In this document: piece by piece, positions 34,174 through 48,449 of the stretch
Layout: each line of letters begins with the position of its first letter
Numbering within the stretch: the first letter of the stretch is position 1
Translations under genes and position numbers: made by a program
NCBI GenBank assembly: GCA_022605425.2
Contig: JAKIMF020000013.1
Span: 496,001-560,000 of the forward strand
DNA length: 64,000 nucleotides
Direction: 5' to 3'
From: Hamiltosporidium tvaerminnensis FI-OER-3-3
Taxonomy: Eukaryota > Fungi > Microsporidia
The notes under the pieces: model-generated
What the model was told of the DNA's origin: nothing
What the model saw: only the letters and a program-made list of their open reading frames with translations
The model's database searches: none

Positions 34174-35523
34174 ATGAATGACTACATTAAAAAAGCAATG
34201 TCTCTTCAAGCAACGATAAACATCGGTACTATTGGACATGTGGCACATGGAAAATCAACACTTGTGCGTGCAATTTCTGGTATTCACACTATTAAATTTA
34301 AAAGTGAATTAGAAAGAAATATAACGATAAAACTTGGATATGCGAATGCAAAAATATACGAGTGTAATTGTACGTTATGTCCGAGACCGGGGAAATACAA
34401 AGCGTTTCCTTCTTCTTCTCCTGACAGTATGCCCTGTTCTAGAAGAGGATGTAAAGGTACATTAAATCTTATCAGACATGTTTCTTTTGTTGACTGTCCT
34501 GGTCACGATGTTCTGATGGCTACTATGTTGAACGGTACTGCTATAATGGATTTGGCTATACTTTTAGTGGCTGGTAATGAGTCCTGTCCCCAGGAACAGA
34601 CACAGGAACATTTATTTGCAGTGGAAATAATGAATCTGTCTCGTATTATTGTTGTACAAAATAAAATTGATCTTATTTCACGTGAGCAGGCCTTGGAACA
34701 GTATGAACAGATTAAAGATTTTATCGATTCTACTAAAATAAAACAGGGTCCTATTATTCCTGCTTCTGGTCAATTAAATATAAATATTGATGCTGTTTTA
34801 GATTGTATTGTTAATTTTCCACACCCCCATAGAGATTTGGAAGCAGATCCTAGAATGGTAATTATTCGGTCATTTGATGTGAATAGACCAGGGTGTCTTA
34901 TAGAGAATTTAAAGGGGGGTGTTATTGGAGGTAGTTTAGTAACAGGTAAAATAAAAGTAGGTGATAATATAGAAATACGGCCTGGATTAATTTCCAGAAT
35001 AGGAAGTAAAATAATTTGTAGACCGTTTATAACAAAGATAACCAGTCTCAAAGCAGATAACAATGAACTTATAGAAGCAATACCAGGAGGTCTTATAGGA
35101 GTAATGACAGAGATGGATCCAACGTATTGTAGAGCAGATAAGTTGGTAGGACAAGTGATGGGAATAAAAGGAAAATTGCCAGAAATTTATGTTGAGATAG
35201 AAGTAGAATACAAATTATTTCAAAAGATTTTATCAACACAGAAAGAGATAGCACCGTTGAATACAGAAGAACAGGTTCTATTAAATATTGGTTCTACAAC
35301 TACAGGAGGATATATTTTAGAAATTGATGAAAATACTTGTAAGTTCTCTTTGATGAGACCGTGTTGCTGTGCCAAAGAAGAAAGGATAGCGATTAGTAGG
35401 AAAATACAGAATCATTGGAGATTGATAGGATGGGGTAAAATATTGGGAGGTAAATGGATTGAACCTGTTTATGATGGAAGCAGTGAAGGTAATTCTGATC
35501 CAGTAATTGATTCAAAACTATGA
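34174..35523 (+). CDS. GCD11: Translation initiation factor eIF2 gamma subunit
   Basis: QATINIGTIGHVAHGKST, ELERNITIKLGYANA, FVDCPGHDVLMATML, NKID, WRLIGWG. Confidence 0.98.
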   Translation: MNDYIKKAMSLQATINIGTIGHVAHGKSTLVRAISGIHTIKFKSELERNITIKLGYANAKIYECNCTLCPRPGKYKAFPSSSPDSMPCSRRGCKGTLNLIRHVSFVDCPGHDVLMATMLNGTAIMDLAILLVAGNESCPQEQTQEHLFAVEIMNLSRIIVVQNKIDLISREQALEQYEQIKDFIDSTKIKQGPIIPASGQLNINIDAVLDCIVNFPHPHRDLEADPRMVIIRSFDVNRPGCLIENLKGGVIGGSLVTGKIKVGDNIEIRPGLISRIGSKIICRPFITKITSLKADNNELIEAIPGGLIGVMTEMDPTYCRADKLVGQVMGIKGKLPEIYVEIEVEYKLFQKILSTQKEIAPLNTEEQVLLNIGSTTTGGYILEIDENTCKFSLMRPCCCAKEERIAISRKIQNHWRLIGWGKILGGKWIEPVYDGSSEGNSDPVIDSKL

Positions 35524-36120
35524 ACATTTGAACTAAAAAAATAAATTTCTATTTTCATAAAATTTTGTTCCTTTTATTCTTCGCTTTCTTCCTTCCTTTG
35601 TAGTTAGTTATTCTTTTATTTTATATCTGTTTCTATTTCACTTGTAATTGCTTCTTCCATTCTATCTTTGTCTTCGATTATAATTTCTCTTTTATTGTTT
35701 TTTCTTCTTTCCTTTATATTTGGTTTTTCTGTCTTTTCATGATTTCTTTTTTAGTCTCTAAATATTTTCTAGCTTCTAAATTTAACCTTTGTTTCTTCTC
35801 TTATTTAAATCCACTTTGTTTTCTATTCTTTTATTCCCTGTACTTCTTTTTTTTCTTATTTATATTTTTTAAAGATTAATTTATCTAAAAACGATTTATT
35901 AAACAAGTTTTTGATAAATTAATATAAATTAAGATGATGATCTTTAAGATTAAACGATAAAAAGATTAATTATTTATTTAAAAAACCTAGATAAAATGAT
36001 GGGTAAATCTTTAAGATAAAATGATAGTATAATTAAACATTTTTTTAAATTGAAGTGTCTTATATTGATTTTATCAAAGTATAAATCTTTAAGATAAAAT
36101 GATAATAAAAATAAATATTT

Positions 36121-36850
36121 GGTGGAGAGAGGATAACCACATAAAAAATTTTCTGTTTAGCAATGAATCTATGAAATTGGTGTGAGGTCATTGTTTGGAT
36201 TTTTGGTGAGAATACAACCACACTACATCTTCAGTTGTTCCATGGGAGTTGTTATGAGGAGGAGAGGTCCAAGAAATAGAGAAACTTTTTCTGCAAATTT
36301 ATTTGTAGTTTTTTACCTAACCGGATTGCAATTCGAAGCTAAACATGTAGGTAATTGCCATGTAAAAGCATAGAAACCTAGCCTTGCTCATTCGGGTTAG
36401 AAGACTTAGCGCCTGGAAGATATAAAAATATGAACTATTTAAAGCCAGGAAAGCTAAGTAGCAGGTTATACCTGTTGGTATGACATTGCACTGTCTAGGT
36501 GGACCCCATGTAAGTCTCTGAAATAATCTTAGCTAGAAGTTTATTAGGTTCAGAAAGTGTAGAGTAAGTAGGAATGCTGCATAGTCTTGGAGGAGCCCAG
36601 GGGGGGGCTTCGGCCTTCGATCACACTCCATGCAACGGACATTAACGAACTCCGGGCAACTGCCTCGCCTAGTAATTAGGTTCTACACACCTGGTAGATG
36701 AAAGGCTTTGGGACGTAGGTATCGCAGGGGTTACTGATGGAGTTTTGGGGTAGCAGTTATTTATGTTAAACCTAGAACTGCGTTAATGTCATGAAAACAA
36801 ATCTAAAACTTGCCACTGTTTTAAAAAAAGATGTGATACTTTTAAATAAA
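36121..36850 (+). mobile_element. Type-1 element, copy B (young)
   Basis: Aligns end to end with 17310-18033 with scattered substitutions; same GGTGGAG start and TTTAAATAAA end; no clear TSD. Confidence 0.92.
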
Positions 36851-36899
36851 GCATAATGAAAATTTAAATCCAAACATTTGCTTTTTTTTTCTACATATT

Positions 36900-39380
36900 T
36901 ATACCTAGAAATAATTTATTTGCTGAATCAAAAATTCCAAGTTAATTATAGTTCAATCCATCGAATGATTGGTCACTTCATAATCAATTTACAATTATTT
37001 GAACAACAGCTTTTTTTTATGCTAATGATTGTAATGAAAATAAAAATTTATTTTTAGATGAATCGTGATAATTTAATTTTAAAAATATTTATAAATCAAC
37101 ACGAAAAATTTTAGAAGGAAAAATTATATAAAGAAAGTATTTGTTTGAAATATTATTTTATTTTTTGTCTGCTGTTTAAAAGCTTGAAATTTGTGTAATA
37201 AAAAGTCATAAGATGAACATAGGGCATTAAAATTGTAAAGTATCTAATTATTTCTAAATAAAGAAAAGATATTTTAAAATATATAGCAGTACTTCTTGTT
37301 TTATGAAATAATATTTTAATCCATATCGTCTGCTTTCATGAATAAAAAATATATTAAAAAATTAAATTTCTTACTAAATAAGCAAACATAAACCACATTA
37401 TTTTTCATAATCATTTTTTGCTGAATTATAATGTTTTAGAAACCTAAAATTGAAAGCTACTTGGCAACATAAATGTTCTGATTCTAGTTGCCAAAGATGT
37501 TTTTGATAAAAAACAAATGAAAAGATTATTTTGCCGAAGTCACTCTGAAATTCTATGTAATAAAAAAATAATATTTTAAGTTTTGTTCTTTTTTTCTATA
37601 AATACCACAATTTATAGAAAAAAATCTAATAAGCTTATATATGCTACTTCCAAATCCAGGAAAAAATCATTTATAAATATACAGGAAGGTTGGAGTGCAC
37701 ATTTGATGCATTTATAAGATTTTATGAACCAAAATAAATCTTAAAAAGCGAAAATGATTCTCTGAATAAAGTTTTAAAATCCAATTTCTAAAAAAATGGA
37801 TTCAACTAACAAAACAGTAAAAACTTAATTGTTACATATGTGATCATATTATAAACTATGAATATTCTTTTGTATTAAAACTTTACTTATACATAATTTT
37901 ATATGATAAAGGCATATAATATCGCATTGATGTTCAAGATATAACATAGCGAACTCGTAGCTACAAAAATTAATCTTATTTGATCTTGTTTGACTGATAA
38001 ACTCATCTGAAAAAAACATAGAAAATAAAACCGAATTTCAAAATTTATTTAATACAATAAGTTTCAAAAAATAAAATAAATAAAGTTTTGGCTGAAACAA
38101 CATTCTAGTATTAAATTTTCATTGAATCTGATTGATATTCAGGAAACAATTAATAAAGTTTATTTATTTTCTTATTCTCAAGAAAAATATTTTGATCTGT
38201 TATCAAATTTTAAGAAAATGCAAATTAAATGACTTAAATAAAGCTGGTAGAATATATTGAAAACTTATTTTTAAAATCACAACAAAAAGATGGATATATT
38301 TTATATTCTATCACCAAGATATATGAATTTATCATAAAAATAACGGTATTAAGAGTTCAATGTCTAATAAAGGAAGCCACGCTTTGCAAATGAAAAGATT
38401 TAAAATATTTCGATTATAGCAGCAGAGTGTTTTTTCAATTGACTGAGGTCTAGTTTAGAAATCTAAGAAAATATGAAGAGAGAACTGGGTTACTTGAATT
38501 TAAAAGGTTGAATATATAAGCTTAAGTTTTGATATTGTAGATTTGTTTATGACAAAAACTGCAATTCATTGCAGAATATCACAAAAAAACATTCTAAAAA
38601 GATTCTATTGTACCGATTTACACGAGGAAAAATATTTCCGGTAAATTTTTACATAAAATGTTAAGTAATTTAATATTTGATGAGTATATAAATGATTATA
38701 TCATGTACAATCAAAGAGTAGCCTTAGCTGGAATCTTATAATTTCTCGTAATTGAAGAAAACTATTATTAGTATCTTCTCAAAGAGGCTGTTTTATACTC
38801 ATATAGATCAAAACCTTTTACTTATGCATTTAAAATGTGGCTTTTTCAAATGTATTTCTTTCAATTAAGCGATTATTTCAATCGAAAATGATGTCATACT
38901 ATGATTATTTATAATAAAGATATCAAATAAAGAAAAGATTATTGTACATTATTTTTAATCTATAATTTAGATCGGTTTTATTCAAGGACTAAAAGAGCAA
39001 CCGACAACTTTCTTGATTATGTAGCTTTGTTTATCTATTATGACGACTAAAAAATAGGGTCTTAAATCAATGAATCTTTGCACATTTACTGAATCTTTCA
39101 ATTTGCCTGTATACTAAGAATACTTCAAATTTTATTAGACAATCATTTTAATATGAAAATATCTATTTCTTTATTTATACTTTAATTTATCGGGAAAAAC
39201 TGTAGACAAACAAAGAAATATTCATATTCAATGTAAAAATGTTTTTGTGAAGTTTTTGGACCATTATTATTGAGAATATTGAGATTAATTCATTTTTCCA
39301 AAAAGGTACAAGGAAGAATTTGGTAACAAAAAACTTGCGAAAAAATATCCTTATTAAAATCAAAACCAAAAACTAAAAAT
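36900..39380 (+). pseudogene. Possible heavily decayed LRR-family gene
   Basis: Only short remnants among many stops (TIKE.xLESYNF near 38710; LKSMNL..LNLSIC near 39061); length similar to the intact paralogue. Confidence 0.35.
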
Positions 39381-39839
39381 ATAAATTATTATTTACTTTT
39401 TCAAAATCTCCGTATATGAGATATTTAAATAATTAGAACGACTATACATTGCTCAAACTTAGAAAAACCAAAAAAAATCTTTATAAATAATACAATTTTG
39501 ATTTCATTCTCTGGTACCACCGTTTCTAGTTACAGTATAATTTTATTGCTAGACTTATGACTTCGTTTTTTTTAAAATAATTTTATAAGAACAAAGGATT
39601 TTAGAAGGCAACGAAGAGATATAAAGTAATATTGCCCACTATATATGGTAATAAAGCTGTTCCTGCGTTTTTTATATTAATAAATGCCACATATAGATTT
39701 ATATGAAACAAAATATGCGACATAAATTATTTGATATATTTATAATATTAAATCAAATATTTTTTACAATATTATAAGAGTTTAATATTTTAAAATCGAT
39801 CCAAAAGATTCAAATACTATTTCATATATTAAATAACTC

Positions 39840-40500
39840 TTCATTTAAGACACGGGTATATATTATACTGTTTTATTGTCATAAATGGCTGTCCTAGCCT
39901 TTGAATAGCTGATTTAATTTCAACACGGGAAGGTATCTCTCTTAAACCTACACTTCTAAGCTTTATTTAAAAACCTATATTTGGACATTTAATAGACGAT
40001 TTTGTTGCATAGTCTTCATTGATGTTTTTTGCTTGGCGTATGATACCTGATTGAAATCAACCTTTAGATATTCTAAGACTAGGAAGTTCCTACCTCCTCT
40101 AAACTTATAGAACAAAATAAACTTCTAGATAAGCCATTTTTCGGCTATTCGAGTGGATCTACTTAGGTGTTGAAATGACATACCTACTATCTAATCCGTA
40201 ACTTAGAATTCTTGGATGCTTTGAACTGTATGTTTTTATATGTCTTCCATGCATCAAATCTTCTGGCTCGAGTTGACTGGCTAGGTTTTTTTATTAAGAG
40301 GGTAATTGTTTACATGTTCATGTGGTTCGAAAGTTAACCACATAAAAAATCCTAAGCTTTTTTGTGGCTAAACCCTATCTATTTTGCGACTTAATTCTCT
40401 TTATCAAAATTTCCATGAAACAACTAAAATTTACTATTGTTTTCTGCGCCTACACCTCAGATAAAGTACATGCAATGTTTTTTTATGATTATTTTACCAA
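39840..40500 (-). mobile_element. Type-1 element, most diverged copy E
   Basis: Reverse complement retains collinear islands GTTGTTTCATG, TTTTTTATGT, TGAACATGTA, AAACCTAGCC, GGTATGTCATT, CTAGAAGTTT, TAGTCTT and TCGTCTATTAA. Confidence 0.72.
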
Positions 40501-43500
40501 ATTAACAACTGGTATGTTTTAAATAAGCTTACCTCGCTCGAATTTCAAATATTATTAAAAATTTATAGTGATAAGTAAATCTGAATTAAAAATTAAAAAT
40601 TTAAGCCAGAATCGTTTTTATATACTGTATAAGATTAGTTAATGAATACTATAATTTTCTTTGGAAAATATATAGCGTAAAATTATATATTTGCATTCAT
40701 TAACCATTTAATTATACGTTTATTCTATTTGTCAAAAAAAATCACATATCATACTTATTTGCCTAAAAAAATAAAGCAAGCAATAGTATTTCACAAAATA
40801 TTTATGTATTCAAATTATATTATTATTCTGCAAAGCATAGGGTAAAATATCTTGAATAAAAACTTTATAGGCGATTAGTGAATATCGTTTCAGCTAAATA
40901 TTTAAATAAAAATATATTTTTTTTAATTTTAGCTGATTTAAGACAATTTTAGAGAATATTTTGAACTCTGTTGTATCAGTTTTTTTAATTGAACTATTAT
41001 GGACTACATATAAAATATTCCATACGCAAATAATACGAAGAGTAGTATTTTAAACATTAGAAAACCTCTAAAAGCGTCTTAATATTTCTACTTGTGTTTC
41101 ATTCAGAGTTAGGGGAGAAGAAGCTTCAAAATTTTCAAAAACCTTAAGGCATATCTCTAGGTTGAATAAAAAAAAAATTCATGTGGTTTGGGTTCGCTTA
41201 TTTTTCTATTTATGGTAAAAAAATAGAGCAAATTATTACCGCAATAGATTTGTATAAATAAAAAAGCAATTTCTTAAAACTTAAAGGCATATAATATTTG
41301 AAAATAAGTCAAAACGAAAGTTTTTTAAATAAATGAATAAATATTTGAGCAAATAAATGATTCATTCAGTAATTTGATTCACTCAATAATAATGAAGAAG
41401 ATTTTTGATAAGAATATCTTTCTTACAATTCTGAAAATGGCCTAAGTATTATATGAAGACCTTTCAGGGCTTCTATTGACTCACAAATACTTTTAATATA
41501 GCAGATTCACTACATATCATTACAATTTAGCCTTAAAAGCCATAAAAAATCGCTGCACATGTCTAAAGAGCTAATAACCAAAGAATATAATCAAATACAT
41601 CATATAAACACACCATTTATATTCATGAATGAATAAAAGTAAACAGTTTTTTTTAATTTTAATCGAATAGATTATATGATTTAATTTAAAAATGTCAGTT
41701 ATATACTTCAAAATATCAAATTAAAATGTTATCTTATATGGTTCTGAGCTTTTTTGAAAGCATTAACTATAAGATGATCTTAAGTATTATGTTTAACTAA
41801 ATAAAGTTTAATGAACCTTTAAGATAAAATAAATATCAATATTATGCAAATGAGTTGCTATCTAAAAAAAGCTAAAGAAATTGATCTAAGCAAATAAGTA
41901 ACTTGATAACAATATAAGAAAAACAAATTGATAGTTTAACTCAATTTTAAAATATAAATTAATTAACATTTTGCTTTAAGTTGTAACAATCAACATAAAT
42001 TATGATTATTGTCTTTTCTTTAATTAAAACCTATTAAAAATTTGCTTCTGGTATTCATCTTGCCAGTTCTTTAACTGCAAGTAAAGAATATCATGACAAA
42101 TAGTATAAAAAAAGCAAAATTATCAAAAATATATAGTACTCGGTATAAAAAAATATATTTGTTTTAATAGGTAAAATTATAATTGAAGAATTTATAAAAA
42201 TATTTGATATGATTTTAATTGGCTGCTTTTTGAGGTTTTGGACGCAAACCACTGAGAATTCCGAGTATATTCATGTTATTTCATCCGATTACAAACCATT
42301 TCCCTCAAATTATGCGCTGAAAGCTTAACTAGAGCGGGTTTATAAAAAGTAATTGTTTTATATAATTTATTCAAGTGTTTATCTCAAAATAATTATTTTA
42401 ATTATAAGTCTCAGAACAAAGATACATGATAAAAGTTTTTTTGACTGTCATAATGAAACTTAACAATTTAAAAAGAAAAAATTGCATTTTATCTAAAAAA
42501 ATAAAATGTTTGACAATTATTATTCAAACCAAGGTGTAGTCATTGAATATAAATATCAAAAAGCACCCAAATCTTAAATATTTTAAGTGGCTGAATCAGT
42601 TATATTTGTAGCCATTTTTCTTTGTTATTTTGGATTATAGACAATATTGTAATTTCTTTGGATAAAATAATTACGAACTGTTCTGGTGTTTTTATATCTT
42701 GAGACTTGCAGTTTTTATAAATTTTTAAAATATAAGGTTTAATAAAAAAAATAAGCCGGCTATTGCTATATTTATTTCATATAAATATTCTGACTAAATA
42801 TAACAACGGGAATACAAAGACTTCTATACATCACGATTCAATGTATTTAGTAAAGTTCCTTTATATGTATATTAAACGTTTTTTTAGTAATTATCGAAGA
42901 GAAATCCGCCGGAGAAGAATCATTAGACAAAATTTTGGAATTCAAGATATAAAAGTAGAAGGTTCGGAATTTCGAATGGAATAAGAAATAGAAAACTGTT
43001 AGTACCAATCATCTAGTTTATTAGGAATTATTTGAGGCATGAGAGACATGCATTTCCTAAAAAAATGTTTTGCTTTAGCTCTAATATTAATCTTGATTTC
43101 CTAAAATTAAAAAACCCAAATTAAAAGTGGCATAACTATTGAGTGTCAAAATAATGTTGTTTAAAGATCAAATAATGAGATATTTGAAAAAAAACAAATT
43201 AATTTCGTTGGTTTAAGTATACATGAATTAAGGTGTTTGAAACATATAAATATGTGCCAATTTATCAATTTAATTTCTGATCTATAGATTAATTACTATT
43301 AACTATGGTATAGTGGTGAACACATCAGAATTTACTTCCAAGGAGACGGCTTCTATCTTCGAATTTTACACTCTTTAACATAAAACAAGGATGGTTTGCG
43401 TTGGGCGGTCAACCTAATATGTCGAAGAAGTATGTCTAAGAAATGTCATTGACTTTGCGAAGCTCAAATTCTCCTGTTTATTGTTTCCAACTGTATCCCA

Positions 43501-45188
43501 AAGAATTGAGCAGAAAAGAATTATCATATAAGATTGGCGCATATTTGCATGATAAGATAATTATTTCGACTTTAATGACAAAACATGAGTTCTACTTATC
43601 ATTAAAAATAGCAGATTCATTATAGATATTTTTATATTTTTTAATTTCTGAAAATGCAAAGTTAAAAATAATCAAAGAATTTTTCTACCAAGCTTGTTTA
43701 AAATAATTATAATACTTCCAGTCGTATCCGAAAATTTTTATGTTCACATTCAAATATTATAAAGTTAAGTCAGAAGACTCGTTTATTTTTTACATATAAT
43801 TTTAATAGCATCATTGGGAGATAGATAAAAATCTAACGTGAAATTTAGGTGAAAAATATAATATTTCCTACAGCTTTATAACTGATTCCACCTTGGTTAG
43901 AAAGTAACAGTTCATATTTTGCAAAACATAAATTTTAAAAAGAACATTTGATGCTAAAAATTAAAAAAGATAGAAATTTTCTTCTTTTTTTAGACGAAAA
44001 TGATGTATTATTTAACAATCAAAAATTTACTGTTTAAAGCAAAAGTTTTTTCTCGTAGAACATCAACTAAACATTATATTGATTGTGATTATTTGAAATA
44101 ATTGGTTTTTCATTAAAAAAGAATATAATTCATAAAATAAAATAACAATTGAAAAAGAACAGATCACTTAATTGCATATCGTTACCTTGCGATTTAATCT
44201 TTTTAAATATTTAGAAAATATTTATTTCTCGAATATACTTTTAGAACCTAACAATAACGTGTATGATTAATCTTAATATATTTATGGTGGATTAAGAAAT
44301 TATAAGGATTTTATACTAAATATTTTTAAAGTCAAAATTTACTAGTAAATTTGTAATAAGTTGGTTTCACACAGTTTTTGTGTATAAAAAACGTTAAAAT
44401 AAATAATGCGAATCAGAAATAGAATTTCTAAAGATTTATTCGGAATACTAATATCTTAAATTTGAAAAAAAAATCTTTTCGCAAAAAAAATAATTTATAT
44501 GAATGAATCAGTAGTTTGATAAATATGTGATCTAAAGATTGGTTTTCTAAGTTCATTATACACTTATTTAAATCTGAAGTAGCAATATTTGGATATAAAA
44601 GAAAATAAGAGTCATGATTAAAGATGATTTTGATTTTCAAGCATATTTTAATCGAAAAAATATGAAGTTAATTGAATTTTTTTAACAATGAAATCAAATT
44701 CTTTTACCATTAATTATAATAGAAAATATAATGCTAGCAAGAAAAAAAAATATGCGTATTTATTTGAGTTTTAATAGACAACGGCTCTGTCAACAATACT
44801 ATTTCGTTCATTGAATTTCGAAATAGAGAATTTTAATCGAAAAGTACTAAAAGGAATTTATATATCTTTTCAATTCTCAAATCAATTAGAATGCGCCTAG
44901 AAAAGATAAACAAATATCTCGTGTAAAATTTTGACACCAGAATAATGTTTTTCCGCGAAATTAAATCAGCAAAACAACCTTGCAATTCTGATTGAAAAAA
45001 TATTTTAGAAAACCGGATACAATTTTTTTCTTTTAAACTTTTGTTTCTTTGAAAGATTCAACATTGATCGCAGATAAAACAAATTTACGTTTTTTTATTA
45101 CTTTTTTGTAAATTTAAACAATATCAATAATATATAAGATGTCAATAATACAAAAATCTTTAATATATTCAAGTTATATTTTAAACTT

Positions 45189-46205
45189 TCAAATTTTGGA
45201 ATTTAATTTTTCATAAAACAAAATATCCGGTATATCTGAAAATCCTAGATTTTCTATCGATTCTATATTCAATTTTTTTACAGAATTATCATTTAATTCA
45301 TAATAATTGTTACCCAGTACAGCAACTGTATAATAATGTAGATCTTTAACGTAAAATACACATGCTTTAAAAGAATATTTTTGATTTTGCACAATTATTT
45401 CTTCATCAATCCAAACATTACCATTAGAACTTGGATCATGTGTATTCTTAATTATAATACTAGAAGGAAGGTTCACAAATTCTCTTAAGATTTTTGCATA
45501 ATGAATTTCATCTTTAAATTTATTTTTATAACATTGAATGCTTTCTACATTTAAACTTTTATTTATAGATTCTTGTATTGAGTTTTCTAAATAAAGAACC
45601 AAGTTGTAATTATCTCCATAAATAATATTTTTTTCAAGGCATTCAACACATAAATATGTTGTTTTCATTTGAAATAAATACAGATTGATTGGGAAATATT
45701 TATTTGTAACATTATTTAAATCTGAGAATTTTTTTACATCAATCTCTTTCAATATTCTAAGAAAAATTATATCTAAGCATGTACCTGCATCCTCAAAACA
45801 ACCAAATTTAAAGTATTCCAAATTAGAATCCAACTCCAAAATTTCCTTCAAATAAACAGATGTATTGACTATTCTATCGTTTAGCATCTGTTCAAATAGT
45901 TCTTTTAAAATAAAAATACACTTTTGTTCTTTGGTGTGTTCGTACAAAAACAATCCCTTCATAAAATCATTTTGGAAATATAATGCTTGTATTAAAGAAT
46001 TGAAATAGCAGACAAAATTATCGTTCTTCAAACCAACAATAGATCTTTTAGCGGATTCGTATCTCTTCTCATAAAATATGTAGTTCTTTATTTCTGTACA
46101 TTCAGTTATTACATTTTTTTGACTGTAGAGCAACAATATTTTTTGAAAAAGCTCAAAAATCAAAAAACTGATGAAAAGAGTAAAATATGCTCTTCTTACT
46201 TTCAT
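45189..46205 (-). CDS. Ubiquitin-specific protease (peptidase C19) with N-terminal signal/anchor
   Basis: Cys box GLKNDNFVCYFNSLIQAL; EDA box; His box HYYT..YYELNDNSV; LFYEK; hydrophobic AYFTLFISFLIFELF after MKVRR (first ATG at 46205). Confidence 0.88.
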   Translation of the reverse strand: MKVRRAYFTLFISFLIFELFQKILLLYSQKNVITECTEIKNYIFYEKRYESAKRSIVGLKNDNFVCYFNSLIQALYFQNDFMKGLFLYEHTKEQKCIFILKELFEQMLNDRIVNTSVYLKEILELDSNLEYFKFGCFEDAGTCLDIIFLRILKEIDVKKFSDLNNVTNKYFPINLYLFQMKTTYLCVECLEKNIIYGDNYNLVLYLENSIQESINKSLNVESIQCYKNKFKDEIHYAKILREFVNLPSSIIIKNTHDPSSNGNVWIDEEIIVQNQKYSFKACVFYVKDLHYYTVAVLGNNYYELNDNSVKKLNIESIENLGFSDIPDILFYEKLNSKI

Positions 46206-48449
46206 ACTTCTCCTAAAAAGATTCAAATAATTTTTTTGATATAACCGATAATTATTTTTTTTACTAAAAATGGAAGTTTTGATAATCTAAATAGATTTTG
46301 ATAATATATTAAGTAAATGATAAGCAAATGTATGGCATAACAAGCTTTAAAAACCCTTAATGTAATATATTCTTCGGTATTTCAATATAGTTTATGCCTA
46401 TCGTTCTTGCTATTTCTATAAATCCCTCATTCCTCTTGCATTCAATCAATTTAGTTTAAACTTATCTTCTTTGGTATTTTTTTATAAACAATAAAAAAGT
46501 GTAGGATGTGTTATATACAAGCATAATGTCAAATAGAGTTTATTTTTCCCTTTTACTACTTTTTTTAGTTTTCTATTTTTTTGCTTTTGTAGGTGTCAAA
46601 AATATACAGCATTGTGCAACTTCTGATAAAACTTATGAGTAACCTTAAACGACCAATAAATTAAATTGAAACATTATTTTTTTTAAGTTTATGTTGAAAT
46701 ATAATAAATTTATGATTATTGATCAAAATACCAAAAATTTAACTTTGCAAAACAAAAAACCATTTAAACTCAGATACTTTCTAAATAAATAAAGGGAGAA
46801 GAAAATAAATTATGGAAGCAGGAAACGAATTATTTTATTTTGTTCGAAGATGATTGTTGCATTGGAGAAATAGATATATAATAAGAGCATTTATGGGTTT
46901 AAATTGCTTTGATTAAGCCATATACATCACGGGAATGCTGTTTTTCCTTTCGGAGTAAATAAAATGAAATATTTGAAAAGACCGAAATACTTTAGGATTT
47001 TCAAAACATATATGAGTGAGTATGCTAGAGCCAGTGAACTATTGCGGATACAATTTACTGAAAACAAAGTGACACGTGTTTATCAGCAATAGAAATACGA
47101 AAAAGATATATTGATTGTGAATGGTGTAGGTAAGAAAAGATATATAGATAGATAAAATGATAATATTACTTGATTTTTAAGTTCATTGACATATAAACGA
47201 ATAGCCGCTGATAATCTAAGATATTTGCGAAAATTGACATTAAGAAAGGACTCATATAAATTTTGTATTATCATTTAAACATTTCAACGTGAATAAAATC
47301 TAAAATACAGCGGAAGAGTTAATATTGCACCTCTTAAAATTTTCTTAAATTTATTCGGATTAAATATATATCTACAAAATAGAAAATCCAAAATGGCTTG
47401 GCTGGGCTAAATGAATAAGCCAGATCATGACAGATGTTTAGCAAATTAAAATCACAGATCCATGGGAAAATATCTGGAGCAATTCAACATAATATTATTT
47501 AAATAAAAGAATGCTATTTGAGGAAGTAAGTAAAAACGTATTTTTGTTTTTCTTAAACAACCTGATAAAGACAATCTCCTTTTGAAAACCACAAAAGTTG
47601 TAAAATATATACAATTTGACTTAATCTGAATATCTTCTCTTGATGTGTAAACCAAGATACGCATCGTTATGTAGAAATGTGTTTATACTTGGCCTTTAGA
47701 AATGTGTAAAGAAAAATTGAACTAGTATATCCTAGGATTATCGCAATCTATCTGACAATAAAAATGCTAGAAACCCTGCTATTGAAATTTCTACGAATTT
47801 ATAAGGTTACAAAAGAAGAATTATGGAAAGTCAAAATCTAAATATCGTCCTGAGAAATCTTTCATTCTAAGATAAAGTCTTAATAAAAAAAATTCAAAAG
47901 AATTATACGGAGAGATAAAATATTTTGACTCTTTTAAAATAGTTCGGATTTTTTTATGGCAAATATTTACTGATAGAATTCTGAATTAAGAAATTCGAAT
48001 ATAAGCAAAAAACATTTACAAAAACTCATAAACATTATTTGAATTTAATTTTGGTTATTTTGCAATATAATATTTTAAATTTTTTAACTTTTTTAAAAAT
48101 TTTATAGAAAATTTTCATTTGTGTTTTATAAAATATTCTTATGATATATTATGGAGGAATGTGGACGCAGTTTGAATTTTCATCACAAACTTATTCTATT
48201 ACGAAAAAAATATTATTTTGCTTTTTTCGATTTATTGTAATTAGTGAGATTATAAAGGCATAAAATTTAAGTTATTCAATAAAAATAAATTGCAATCTAT
48301 TGATCTATTGAAAAGAAAAAAATTATGTATTTTGCCATTAAACAAATATAATTTAAAATAAATAAATAATGTATGGTTTATTTTCATCTCATTTTAATTA
48401 ATTTAATAATTCTTTTTTAGAACTTTCATCGTATTTTTTACATTTACTT

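Noticed and set aside
36100-36880. TSD around copy B (and a weak TATTTGA.AAA match around copy D)
   Set aside because: Only short, imperfect AT-rich similarity; indistinguishable from chance.
42160-42300. Possible further very old element head
   Set aside because: Only short words match (TTTTGG..AACCAC..TTCATG); collinearity could not be extended.
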